A stretch of DNA of 60,036 bases, the filler included, from Sphacelaria rigidula (lineage: Eukaryota): the NCBI GenBank assembly GCA_964200075.2. It is 10 parts of 10 records of this genome, joined end to end, with 100 filler letters (N's around TTAATTAATTAA, not from the genome) between each part and the next. Parts side by side here need not be neighbours in the genome. Positions count along the whole stretch, not along the records: positions 18,043 to 23,956 come from CAXNAA020023531.1; positions 24,057 to 29,970 come from CAXNAA020023532.1; positions 30,071 to 35,984 come from CAXNAA020023533.1; 7 more parts are not named here. One strand, 5' to 3'. The notes below the pieces were generated by a model. That model was not told the DNA's origin. It did not search any database and saw only the letters and a list, made by a program, of their open reading frames with translations. Every line of letters starts with the position of its first letter. Position 1 is the first letter of the stretch. Of the stretch, positions 23,301 to 35,984 are shown one piece after another. Both the position numbers and the translations under genes were made by a program.

Positions 23301-23910
23301 CAGTGCAAGAAACGCCCTATGTCCTCATGTTTGGACGTCATCCAACAGTACCTGTCGACAGTATTTTGGACATTTCCGAAAAAGGGCACGCTGTGGATGC
23401 TTAACAATACGCGAAAGAGACTAAAGAAAACTTGCAGCTAGCTTTTAAAATTCAGGACGCAACTTGAAAAAACGACCAGACAAACAAACGGCAAGCAATG
23501 ATAAGCTCAAGCTGTATACCCTGTCTTTAAACCTAGTCAACAAGTAAGTGCTACTGGTCAGGCCAAACCAAGACGCATACGGTCCAAATCCAAAGTTGGT
23601 ATTACCATGGCGGGAGCCTTACAAGATCGTCGAACAAATTTCTTCGGTTGTCTACAAGATCAAGATAAGCGAGGATGCTAAAAAGACATCAGTACCCCTC
23701 GCTCACCTTGAGCAATATTTTCCACAAAAACGACCCTCAGCTCCCGAGTTGGACCGACTCGACGAGTATTTCCGAGGCCAAAAGCTTCCCCTGCCCCAAC
23801 TTGACCGTCCGGAAGTAACGAAACCAAGAATTGAACGTTACGTCGTTAACAAAGTGGTGGGCCACAAGCAAGGCCCGGAAAGGAAGAGCCATACTTCCTC
23901 TGTCCCATAA
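20382..23910 (+). mobile_element. Degenerate Ty3/Gypsy pol (RT-RNase H-integrase, possible chromodomain start)
   Basis: 'RFCVDY', 'SAFHQIP', 'RLPFGL', 'YMDD', 'FTIQVDAS', HHCC-like 'HDHVMSGGHLG...YYWP...SCQRRK', 'PFRPQGNSVSERVH', 'RYVVNKVVGH', in Gypsy order. Many stops and frameshifts. Confidence 0.93.
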
Positions 23911-24089
23911 GTAAAGTCCGTTATGGGCTTTTAATCGTTTGTGCATTCAACCTCTTNNNNNNNNNNNNNNNNNNNNNNNNNNNNNNNNNNNNNNNNNNNN
24001 TTAATTAATTAANNNNNNNNNNNNNNNNNNNNNNNNNNNNNNNNNNNNNNNNNNNNAAATACCCCCCCCCCCTATCGTAGGATAACTCC

Positions 24090-27000
24090 TCAGACGATGT
24101 AGTGCTCCGCATTGAGTCAACATCCGACGATGGCGGAGAAACGTCGCAGAGAAACGTCGAGGTCTGAGTTTTCGACAGGGGTTCAAGACGGTTCCTTCAT
24201 CTTCTTCCGGTTCTCTTGCTCGAGTCTTTGTCGGAGCTGTGCGGCATTGTTGAGGGATTCCTCTCCCAATGAAAGGTAAAAGCGACAGTGACGTGAAGTT
24301 GCACTCTCCCTGAGTCGGTTCCTCGTCGCTATCAATTTCCCGCGTTTCGCGCGCAGGGGTCGCAGGTGGTGCTACCCCTGCCTCGGCGGCGCCTCCTAGG
24401 TGACGTCTTTTGTCCCTACAACATGGTTCGCTCGCTTCAACATGCGCAAGGAGTCACGCGGGTGATCGATTCCCGACCCGACATAAAAATCGCTCTCGGC
24501 CCAGGGGAACGACTTAGATGGGCGATTCCACCAGCAGGATCCAGGTCGCAGAAAGTAATGCGGTGTCACCGGCTTCACAGTCTCGTGCGGCATCGCGTAC
24601 GGCGACTTGTGCTGCGGGTTCGCAACCGTAGCAACATGATTTAGGACATCGCAAGCCCAGTACATCGCCCCCGCCCGTAGTGGCTCTGTCGGTGGAAATC
24701 AAACGGGTGGGAAGGAGATTGGGGACTGGATCCTAGCTGCAAGTGCTGCTATTTCAATAATGCCTAGACCGCGCCCCTCAACTCCGTTGAATTCTGGACT
24801 TTTAGCATTCGTGAGTTATTGCTCAATGCAGAACTGCCTGCACACGCTAAAAAACTCACCACCATAGAATCGTCCACCATTATCCGACCGCACAATTTCC
24901 ACTGTAGAGGGAATACCATCGACATGCACATCAGCCAAAAACGTTTTAAACTGTTCCCCGGAGTCAGAGTTTTGAGCGAGAAAGTACAGGCAAGTGTAAC
25001 GCGGATGATCATCCTTGACGATCATAACATACCGTTTTTCTGTCAGAGAGGGCATTGATTCAGGCTCGCTTAGGTCTGCGAACACTCTCCCTGATTTCTT
25101 ATCCGCCTGAGTATTTGTTCTGCTACCAATCGGCTTACGATTAGCTTTTGCCACTGAACAGCTAGCCTGTACAAGGTTTCAGCTCTCCATGCACCTTTAC
25201 ACCAAGTGCTTTTGCTGTCTCATTTGAAGTAAACTCATTTGAATGCCCATACAGTGAAAAAAATTAACACCAATACGCGTGGGAGATACGGAATTACCGG
25301 GGGGCAAGAATTGGGACAGCGGTAGGCGCCGCAGCAGAAAAATGCTTCACCTGTACTTCCATCATGGGAAATAATTTGTTCTGAGGGGGGAATGACGTAA
25401 TTGCAGTCTATACGGTAGCCAAGCTTACAAGAGGATGCACCATCAAACGCAAACTTGAGTCTACCTTCGAGAAGACTTGAGTGTGACATCATTTTGCTCT
25501 GGGCCTGAAATACAATGTGTTCTGGTGAGCAGCGACCAAAGAGAAAACAAATTGAATTTCAACTCTGGGGGGCATGAGCAACATCTTCAAGCCTCAATGT
25601 CACATCTCCTGTTTCACTCGGAAAAAAAAGCAAAAGTTACCGTACCGACGCACTCAACATCAAATGAATCCGCATTTTCAATCCTAACCTCACCTCATCA
25701 TTGGATGGATGAGTAATGCACTTTAGTTCATTTGAACTAGTCATGTGAAAAGTTGCAGCACTATCCCCACGCTATTTCTCCAAACTCGCTGCTTTCAGAT
25801 CGGCACTCTTGACCAGCCTCGGCACTTCAGTCACTAACCAGACCAAGAACAACGCATGAAACTCTCCCACCATTGTCGTCTGTAGTAGAGGGCATCTGAT
25901 TCGGGGGTGGGATAACACGCGCCCGACAGTCCGCCCAGTAATGCCCGGGCATCTTGCACCTCGTGTATTTTCCCCGGAGGTCTTCCCTTGGAGTTGAAGT
26001 GGACGGGTGACCGTAACTGCTGTTGTTGCGGCCAGCACTGCTGTTACTGTTGTCAGCAGCAGTACCTCGGCTGCTGCCACCACGGCCACCGCCACGAGTT
26101 CCTCCCCTCTTCCACGTAACGGTCCAGCAGTCGAAGTTAAGCGGCATTGCTGGAGGACGCTATTGCGGTGAGGGACTTTTCCGGGCGCGGTTCATCTGCT
26201 TTCATTTGAAGGACGGGGATAAGATATGTAAAAGTTTTTTGTGCAAGGTTTGGAAAAAACGTAATGAGTGCCGGAAGGTTGGAGGTGTCGCTATTAGGAG
26301 TAGGAAAGGTGCTCCGTCTCGGAAGGGATGCGTGGTCAATGGTCAAACAACTAAGGCAAGCAACAAATGAACACCCCCCCTCCCCCCCCCCCCCCTCCTT
26401 CCACGAGCTTGACCACCCCCAAAATTTACCTCTGCTACCGCTGTCGTTTACATGAGACGTACCACTACGAAATTAAGCCTGACCGGCCTTCGTTGTTTTG
26501 GGGATGCCAAGGTATCTCTGCCTTACAATGCTTTCTACACGCTGGCGGGATACTTTCTCCTCCCACCTGAAATTTTTACGTCCTCAAGGATAATCGTCAG
26601 GTAGGCCTCTCATTATTATGCTGACAATCTTATTCTCAGCCTTCAATACTCCGGAAGAGTCCAAAACGCCAGAAATTTCATCTACGCGAGCGAAGTACCT
26701 AAAATATCTTGCTCTTTACCCTTGTGCATGGTAATGTTCCAAAACAATTCTCCGTCTATTCCTCTGTCGCACTGATCCGCTTGGGCAAGTCCATGAGGAA
26801 CTTTCAACCAGCACCAGGGGATTTGCGCCGAAAGGTCTTTGTCAGAATGTCAAGTCTTCGAGGCATTTTCATCCAAACACGTCCACGCCGAAACGTTCTT
26901 TTTAACTTCCGATAGAAGGAATTCCTCACGTGTTGACGAGAAAATGGTCGTTAAAATCGGGAGCTTCTACCTTTATGTCATTGGTTGCGCCTTGAAAGAT

Positions 27001-27450
27001 AGATAAGCCGGCGACCTGCCTCGTGAACTCCCCAGACCTAAATTTGAAGAGGGGAAATGGACGATCGGAACCGTCGAATTTGGGAACCCCCGACTTGACA
27101 TGGCATACATCACGCGACGACATCGTACAATCATGAAGACTTGAATTCCCCGACTCACCAACGACATGATTGTTACTATCATTTGATAGTCCACCTCTTC
27201 CCACAAATACAAGTCAGAACCGGAAAGGGCACTACTGTGTGGGACTCCTCTTCATCCAGCAACGGTCTCCAACCGACTGCTGGCGGCGGCAGCCTCTGCG
27301 CCACCTGCCTCGGTGTCCTCTGCCCCAGCAGGGGCCTCTTTCCCGCGACGCTGGGCGTCTTCGGAGTAGAGCATCGTTTCGCTCCCGACGCTCTTCAGAC
27401 GCCTTGAGCTTTTGCACGAGCTCAACCATCTAGGTCTCCAGAAGACTCAT
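24090..27450 (-). mobile_element. Degenerate Ty1/Copia 5' half (gag, integrase, SH3-like region)
   Basis: gag 'GVPKFDGS', decayed knuckle 'RCKMPGHYWADC', integrase 'RVFADLS...KRYVMIVKDD..RY...VRSDNGG.F.GGEF', then 'LNHVATVANPQHKSPY'. Interrupted by a family A copy at 26208-26397. Confidence 0.85.
26208..26397 (+). mobile_element. Family A LINE 3' end inserted into Copia gag
   Basis: Aligns to ~513-694. Ends 'aaggcaagcaacaaatgaaca' + C-run. Confidence 0.85.
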
Positions 27451-28179
27451 CTACGAACCGATGCTTCTACGACCATCATAGCACTCTAGTAGACGGCACG
27501 ACGCTGCAGCATATTCGATATCTCGTATAGATGGTTCAGCACCTTGATGACGACGTGCCCTCTGCAGGTCGTGTAGTTAGATAGACTTGTATTAACTCAA
27601 GTCGAGGGATGAGGCGATAAAGAAGGAGTGTCCGGAGAACACATCGCCAGTCCTCAACGCAGACAGACTGCACTTATCAAATAATTGCCCCGTTTGTGGG
27701 TTCCACCGCTATGTAACCGTCACAGCGCAATGTTTGTTAGGTATATAACAAGCCAGACAAGCACTCGTCTGCTGACGAACAAGTAGCTATTCGCGATATT
27801 CCGGCGTGTTCGGTGCGGAAATGTCCATCTCCCCAAGACTTTTCCGTTTCCGGACAAGTCGGTGTATATTGGTCCCGCACAATCGGCGTCCTTGTCCTAC
27901 AAACGATCGCGATAAACGACCCGACTACGTAACCGTACGGTCAGGATTGTGCTGCAGGGTTCCATTCCCGGTCGTCAAACAGGACGTCCAGAGTAAGACC
28001 GACAGACCACTTGACTGCGCGAAAGTCTCACTCCTCTGCACACACTTGGAACACCCAAGACTTCGGGGTAAGGCCAAATATCATCGACACTGTGTCTTCG
28101 GAGATCTCCGAATTTCTCGGCCTGGCAAGGTACCTGATGAATCTCGAACGCTGGCGAGCGCCACGGGCGTACACACGTA

Positions 28180-28340
28180 GGGCAGCTAGCCGAAGTGCTG
28201 CGTGGCAGTCCGAATTTTTTTCCGGATTTCTCCAAAAACTAAGTTTCGGAGAAGAAAATCAAGCCGCTTCTTGTCCAGAGAAGTCTGAACAAAGTAAGAG
28301 TCCGATACGTGTGAAAAAATCCAATATCCTCGAAAAAAAA
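28180..28340. repeat. Interspersed hairpin-rich repeat, inverted copy at ~31740-31890
   Basis: 'gggcag.t..ccgaagtgctgcgt.gcagtccgaatt...ttcggag.aga...tcaagccg...gagaagtctgaac' present in both. Confidence 0.7.
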
Positions 28341-28476
28341 CAGCGTGGGTGAAAATGGGCCTAAGTCAGAGCTGTAACAGAAGTGCTGCCCACTCCTGGC
28401 AACCCGCGCATGCAGACAATACCCGGTAACCAAAAATAACTCCCGTTCCCTCTTGTGTTGTCGTATATATTCGCAG

Positions 28477-28662
28477 ATGGGCTTGGCCGCTGGGCTAGGT
28501 TTCATAGTGGGAGCGGCGTTCACTCATGTCCGTCCGGATGAAGTTCGTGAAGTGTACGCCGATTTTTGCGACTCTGTGCTGAAGCCCCTTTTGCACTTGC
28601 TGGATCCTGAGCGCGCCCATGACGTGGCCGTGTGGGCGGCATCGAGGGGACTCTGGCCGAAG
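28477..28662 (+). CDS. DHODH: Class 2 (quinone, mitochondrial) dihydroorotate dehydrogenase, N-terminal exon
   Basis: cag|MGLAAGLGFIVGAAF...VLKPLLHLLDPERAHDVAVWAASRGLWPK|gtgtgt. Hydrophobic anchor followed by the family-2 'LDPE.AH' motif. Other exons not found in this contig. Confidence 0.82.
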
Positions 28663-29598
28663 GTGTGTGTATGTGTGTGTGTGCATATGGAGAGTGCTCG
28701 ATATTGTCAAGGTCGACTGTTTGAGCCACAATTTGCCCGTCACGTGTGGATACCTCGATTGGCACGACAGGGCTAGACTTTTGGGGACAGACATATGTCG
28801 TCGCGACGCGAAGGATCGGTCCACTTCCGACCAATGGTCGGCGTATCAAGTGCGCAATTTGCTGACGCGCACTCCAAATTATTTATCCCTGGTGTACGGT
28901 TGAATGGGTCACACTGAACGCAGCAGTCGAGCATTTTTTCCTGGAAAAAGAGTGACTGCGTAATCTGTGGAGGTCAGGCGTTTGGACTCTGGTGTCTTGA
29001 TCGTTTTTGTCGTTGTTGTTGTTGCTGCTGCTGTTGTTGTCACTGCTGTTGTTGTCACTGCTGCTGTTGCTGTCTTCATGTTAAAAAAGCGTTCCGAATA
29101 TCTGCAAAGTACTCCGTCAAGCATCTGATGCGGACTATGTCCGCGGTCAGAAGCTAATTACCCAAACTAAGGTATATTAAATGATATGATGAAATCAAAC
29201 AAACATGGAATAGAACTCAGGAAAATCCACACAGGCACGATACAAAAAAAAAGAAGATAAATACTGCCGGCCTCATGAGTTCCGCGGCCGCAAAATCACA
29301 ATTCGGACTACTACTACAGACAGGCAAATTCCGACGCTCCCACTCGACACGCGATCCCAAACAGAAGTGGAGCCAGACTCAGGAACCAGAGCTCGTCAAC
29401 CGTAGCAATGAGAATCGCACGGTCCGATTTTTGTACCTCTAGAGGGACAACAATCTGTACGAATATACTGGGCATAAGAGGAAAAAATGAAGATACAAAG
29501 TTCGATTAGGCCGCTGCTTATAACAGACAAAAATAAAAATAAGGAAAAGTGCCTTTTTTTGGAGCGTTTACGTCGGTTTACGCCCTAAAAGAGAGCTA

Positions 29599-29891
29599 GG
29601 CGGAGTTTGACAACTTGAAATGATTTGCTCTACTTGTTGAGGCGGTTGCAGGAAATCTTCTCGTTCTCCGGTGGCCGCAGTTTTTATTGTGGCCAGACAA
29701 GATTTTTTGTCCAAGAACGATCAATTCAAGAGAAAAAGGGCGATTTTTTCTAGATTCGACCGTTCTTGACCATTCTTGGATGAAAAAATCTTGTTCCGCC
29801 AAAACAAAACTGCCGCTACCGGAGAACGGGAAGATGTCCTGGAACCGCCTCAACGAGTAGAGCAAGTCATTCCAAGGTGTCAAACTCCGCC
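29599..29891. mobile_element. Almost fully palindromic MITE at a probable TA target
   Basis: Perfect 14-bp TIR ggcggagtttgaca / tgtcaaactccgcc, with imperfect pairing continuing for >100 bp. Flanks ta|...|ca. Confidence 0.88.
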
Positions 29892-30737
29892 CACGAGCTG
29901 GGTCAGCTTAAAAGTTGCTTAAAGTTGCTCACATCACAGCTTCCCCAGTTCCCCGAATGAACCCGATGTANNNNNNNNNNNNNNNNNNNNNNNNNNNNNN
30001 NNNNNNNNNNNNNNTTAATTAATTAANNNNNNNNNNNNNNNNNNNNNNNNNNNNNNNNNNNNNNNNNNNNATCTGACTCGAAATTTCGAACAACGAATGG
30101 CCCAAAATACCCCCCCTATCGTAGGATGACTCACTTCGAGGTTTAGTGACCACGAGCGTACTGTACTGTACTGTCTGTACCTGTACTGTTGTCAGGTGCA
30201 GACCCTAATTCTACTGTTATTTTGTTCGTAATCCTGAAGCATCTTTGTTATAAAATCATCATACTAAAATTGGTATGAACATAGCATGTAATGGCAAAGT
30301 ACAAATAAACTGGATAAACTGGAGTCCTCATCACCAGTTCCAGTTAAACTCCAGTTCCAGTTTAAGTGCCAGTACAAACTGGTCCAGTTCACAGCCCTAG
30401 AAAAAAATGGACGTATGCTGCCGACTTTTCTCCTGTTTGGTATGGAGAAAAGAAAAGCGAGCGCGCAATGATCGCCCAGTTTGGAGTTTTGGTGCGTTTG
30501 TTATTGAATAATGAGTGCGTTCGCAGTGCACGCAGTGCGTAGAGCAGAGGTAAATGCTCAAATTCGATCGAAACATGACGGAATAGTGGCCGCGGAATAT
30601 ACTCGAACAACACAGCATGTATCATGCATCACACCCGGCGTTGTGATCAAAGACCTTTTTTGCGACTTGCCTCTTGCACGATGAACCATTTTTGTCAAAC
30701 CGTGTTGTACCGACACGTCTATGATGTCTATGACGTC

Positions 30738-30773
30738 AAATCACAAATCACAAATCACAAATCACAAATCACA
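30738..30773. repeat. (AAATCAC)n heptamer microsatellite, ~5 copies
   Basis: Directly visible. Confidence 0.9.
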
Positions 30774-32332
30774 CACTGGTACTGCTGTACCTTCATACAA
30801 TCGGGCGTGCACCCACTCCGGAGTAGGTTGCTAGTGTCAGTGTCGTAGTACCGTGAGGTCTTGCAAGCTGTGTCCCCACCAAAACAGGCGTATCGTACCG
30901 TATTGAGTATCAGTATCGAGTATCAACACGAATCGGGTCATTTTCCGCGTATCGAAAAAAATATCGGTATCGACGTCTTCAGGTCGATAATTTGAAAATA
31001 TCGTATCGATTCTTTTTTACGTTCGACGGTCAACACTGATCTACACGTGAATCGAAATGAAAAAGGCTGAGCACAACGAGCAGCTGGAAAATCTCACGCT
31101 TGGGTTCGTTTTCGCAGTGTCACCCATACGAGGCGCTTCACACAGCCTGGAATCAACAGCAGGCACTGTATGGTAATTTTCTTCGTGACATATTTGGGCT
31201 GGTTTCGGGGGGGGGGGGGGGGGGGGCTATTTCAGAAATAATCAAATATTTGAACGGTTCCCTGTAGAGTTGTTCCCGATGCTCAAGGGTAATATAACAC
31301 AGTCGCCCCGTACCCCCACTACCCTTCGGCTGCTTGATGGGGAAATATCGGGTGGAGGAGGAAGTAGACGCACAGAACTGCCCTCTTTCGGCAAAGCAAT
31401 AAAGCACCCTTGTAGTTGGAGAGTGTGAACTTTACAAGGAGGAACGGACTGTGTTAAAGGAGGTGAGGAAACTAGACGAATGTGACAAGAACAGGTTTTG
31501 TACATTGGATAGTAGCGCGAAAACGATCACTACGCTATGAGATGGATGGTGGCACCAGACGGCGAAACAGGAAGGGGATATATACTTTAAGTAGAAGGTT
31601 CTGGTGTGACACACAGAAAAACTTGAAGAGAGCCCAGTCGTCGGAGATGTTTCCGTTAGCAGTAATTGGAACGGTGCCCCCCTCGAGAGGGGTGCGTGGT
31701 CAATGGTCAAATCATCACGGCCCACAACTATCAAAGGTAGTTTTTCGGAGAGGTGAGAGTTTCGGGCGTTTCGGACTCTGCGTTCAGACTTCTCCGAAAA
31801 TGAAACGGCTTGAGTTCTCCTCCGAAGTTTCATTTTCGGATGAATCCGAACAATTCGGACTGCAACGCAGCACTTCGGAGAACTGCCCTGCATATATGCC
31901 GTGGCTCTCGTAAGCGTTCGAGGTCCATCATGAACCTTGCCAGTGACACCCTGCGCCACCCCGGAGAGTGGAAAGCACCACGGGTTGGCGGGAGTGGCGT
32001 CCTCAGGCTGGTGAAGGCAAGCCAGCAGCGACACCAACACTGCGTCCGTATTGAGAGGTCTAACGGCAAAGACAAACACTCGATACGAGTGAGTCGTTTC
32101 GATATTTCCAATTTTTCTGAACTTCTCCACGAGCGCATTTCTTCGATATTATCGGCCCTATGGCAAGCAACACACGATTATCCCTGTCGATATACTCTTG
32201 GCATACACAATTTCAAGCAGCACCGACTGCTTAATCAGAACAAAGAAGATACAACGCCACTTGTCAAGGTGGAAGTCGATCAGACGGAGATATTATGTGG
32301 ATATCTTCATTATTACGCTCGAAATCACTGGT

Positions 32333-32581
32333 GACTAATGCCGAGATAGCCCCCCCACAAGAAGTGCACCGGCACCATCCAACGAACCGGCTACGATCCC
32401 ACTATTGGGCTCGTTTGCAGCAATTTCGCCTACATGAAAGGCGTGTAGCAGTCCGAAATCAGCTATAGCGCCCAAATCAGTCGCGTCGTACAGCACGAAA
32501 CCAACTTTAACGGCAGTTATAATCATCGCCTCCGTGCACGTTTTCGGCCGGTTTGAGGGGGGGGCTATCTCGGCAGCAGTC
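32333..32581. mobile_element. MITE with ~24-bp terminal inverted repeats
   Basis: 'gactaatgccgagatagccccccc' versus 'gggggggctatctcggcagcagtc'. Confidence 0.7.
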
Positions 32582-33264
32582 TGGTATAAGAGAGGAGAAA
32601 ACGCACACTGATCACAGTGAGGCGAGAGGTGCGGGAGCGCACCTCCATCAGCTCATTGAAAAGCTATGACAAATGTCCCTGATTTCATCCAGTCGAGAAC
32701 GCACAGCACATCTTAAGACAACTCTCCGTACTTTCTATCTGGCTGAAGCGAACACTACAACTCAAGATAAGTCTGCGTTCCTTGCCAGTTAATTTGGGAA
32801 AGAAAATGAAAAAGCACCTGGAAGAACGTTCTGAGGATCAATCTGAACAGTGACGTCTCGCATCAGCTAACCCACCGCATATTCTACCGACGATCTCGAA
32901 ACAGTATCTTGAATCTTACGCTGTTCCCCATGAGTCAAAATACAACACAATCAGCACCCTCCCGAATTTGGCACATTGGGAACTTGAGCATATGTAAAAA
33001 CAAAATTCAATCAACATGTTTCGCAGAAGCTGATGGAACACTTCAAACCCTCAAACAAAATGTTCCCTACGAACATAAACCACATCCAAGTTAGGGCCGA
33101 AATATAGTTTAGCCTCGGCTATGGCACGGATTTCTTGAGAACGCACTTTATCCCGAATGGAGACACACTGAGCCAAACCTCGCCGCGGCATCTCAATCAA
33201 AACGTTCATAGCTTGATGTAAAAACCGTACAAGGCCCAAGACTCATAATTCAGTCAACAAAAAG

Positions 33265-34230
33265 TTACTTGATGTTCATCAAAATATTCCTGTGGTGCCG
33301 GAAGCTATCCACAGGTAATGGCTTCGTCAGCACATCAGCATGCTGTTGAGCTATCGGGATATACTCCACTCGAATGACCTGCTCTGACACCGACTCTCTC
33401 AAGAAGTGATGTTGTATATATGTATGTTTACTGATGTTGGAGCTCCGCGGATGATTCACAAGCTGAATTGCTCCCTGATTATCCTCGTATGCTGTCACTG
33501 GACTGCAGAATTCCTTCCTCTGCGGTTGCATAAATTTCAGCATCACCTTCACAAAGAGAGCGTCCTTCATCACATCCTCCATCGCTACACACTCAGCCTG
33601 TGTCATAGACAACGTTACATTCTTCTGAGTCCGAGAGAAAAATCCAACCACAGCCGCACAGAAAAATATTGCCCCTCCCGACACTGAACGCCTATCGTCG
33701 AATGTCGCGTCGTCGGCATCCGCATACGCTACCCACTCGTCGCTCGAATCCCTGACATACTTGATCCCTAAATCGACCGTAGTAATCAGGTATTCAAAAA
33801 TCCTCAACACTTTGCGCCAGTCTTCTGCTGTCGGGTTCTCGTTGTGCCTGGGCGCAGATCTGGCGGCATCGGCGATGTCCGGGCGAGTGTTGCTAGAGAG
33901 CTACATCAGCGATCCTACCGCCTCGCGGTACCTCCCCCTAAAGCCTTCTCCTTTATCGATCTTGAAAGAAGGTGAAACATACGCAGGGGTCGCTGCGGTC
34001 CTAGTGGCAGAAAAGCTGTCTAGAATCCGTTGGATATATGCAGCCTGTGACAACTTCAGAGTACCCTTCTCGAGATCGTGCCTGCACTCGCACCCCGCAT
34101 TCAAGACTAGTTCTGCAAGGTTTTTCGTCGGAAAGTGACAGTTTCAATCTGCAGCCAAGTTGTTGCACACAGCCTCATCATCCACCACGAACATGTCATT
34201 GACATGAACCACACTCAGAACCTTAACTGG
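33265..34230 (-). mobile_element. Degenerate Ty1/Copia RT-RNase H
   Basis: 'VVHVNDM', 'LKLSQAAYIQRIL', 'YREAVGSLM', 'AYADAD...DDRRSVSG...SRTQKNVTLS..QAE', 'YEDNQGAI', 'QHADVLTKPL'. Confidence 0.92.
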
Positions 34231-35049
34231 TACGGACAAAATATTGTGGTATCCTCTCTTGCTTGCCCGTGCACTAGTTCGTTTTTACTACTGTCTCAAT
34301 TGTTGTGGTAACCATGATCGCTGCTCAAGCACTGTGATGACGGATCTTCTCAAGACGGGGAATGAAGTGAAATTTCCTACTTCAACCTTCAACCAAACAT
34401 GCGGCATATTCATCCATGTGCAATACAGTATGCAATGATTTGTACGTACTCGCTCACCATTTATCGCAGGGCAAAACAGTTTTCCAGCACAAGGGATGAT
34501 CAGTTTAACAAGGAACAGCTAATCCTGAATGTCAGGGTATCTTGATCTCAGCTTCAGGATCGATTCAGTTTCTCTCTTTCAATGGTGGTTTTGAATCTCA
34601 TGTCTCAGGTCACTTCGTTCCCTTCCATAGGAGTAAAACCAGGGGGCCGGCTTTCACCGATTCTGAAAGAACCGAGTTCAAGCCGGATGTAAAGAGGCAT
34701 GTTTATGTAACCGTCTGCGTACGGGCTCAAACATCCTCCCCCCTGACTGCGGCACATTGCCAGTTCCCGCAGTCAGCCCTCCGGGACTTTTCCATCAGAT
34801 TAGATGGGCCCATCATTGTACTGCCCTTCCTCCATGTATGCCGCGATCCATAACAGTAACGACCCTAGATCCATAAGAGTGTTGGTCAAGGCATCCCCGC
34901 TTGCAAACCCATCCGGGATATCCCAGCACATTGAGGTAGTGCTCCTGGCGTACTCTCACAATATTTCATAAGTCGTGTCTGGCATGAGATGAAAGGCTTC
35001 TGATAATTCTAACTTCAGCCAATACTCGTGCACCTCTACCGTAGCATCA

Positions 35050-35984
35050 CCCCCGCCTGGTCTGGGTCAGGGAGGCGGAGTTCTGCGCCACATACGCCTG
35101 GACGAGCATGATACATACGGTGAACCGGGTGTGCAACAAAGATCGGGGCTCCAAGCTACCACCGTCCGCTTGGCCAAGGTCAAGAAGGCGAAGTTCTACG
35201 CCACACACCCCTGGACGTGCATAATACATGCGGTGAAACGAGTGTTTTACAAAGATCTGTGCCGCAAGCTACCATACTTTGCCTAGCCTGGGTCCGGAAG
35301 GCGGAGTTCTGCGCCACACACGCCGGCACGCGCATGATACACGCGGTAACCAAGCTGCGCTACAATCTTTGGTGCTCCGAGCTACCATCGATCGCCTGGT
35401 CCGAGTCAGAAAGGGGGTCGCCACACACGCCGGCACGCGCATGATCCAGGCGGTAAACCCGATGTGCTACACAGCTCGGGGCTCCAAGCAACTATCGCCC
35501 GTCTGGCCCGGGACAGGAAGGCGGAGGTCCGCGCCACACACGCCGGGACGCGCATGATCCGTGTGGTCAACCGGGTGCGCTACATAGATCGGGGCCCCGA
35601 GCTACCATCGGTCGCGAGCAATGCTACGGTAGGAGCGCACTTTTCGCGAATGATACATGCGGTGAAACAGGTGCGCTATAAAGCTCGGTGCTTTAAGCTA
35701 CAATCGTTCAGCCGGCCCGAGTACGTGAAGCGGAGTTCTGCGCCGCACACAGCCTGGGCGCGCATGATTCATGCGGTAGACCGTGTGCGTTGCAGAGATC
35801 GGTGCTCCGAGCTACCATCGTCCGCGTGGCCAAGGTCAGGAAGACGGAGGTCTGCGCCACACACGCCTGCACGCGCATGTCCCATGCGGTGAACCAGATG
35901 TGCAAAACAATCAGTTCTCCGAGCTACCATCGCGCACCCGGCCCGTGTCGGGAAGGCGGAGTTCTGCGCCACACACGCCTGGAC
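35050..35984. repeat. Tandem satellite, ~113-bp unit, ~8 diverged copies, running into the contig end
   Basis: Anchor 'ggcggagttctgcgccacac' at ~35074, 35187, 35300, 35413, 35520, 35730, 35843, 35955. Confidence 0.92.

Noticed and set aside
35050..35984. CRISPR-like array
   Set aside because: Units are homologous along their whole length with no unique spacers, no cas genes are present, and the context is eukaryotic. The same applies to 1380-1750 and 19870-20130.
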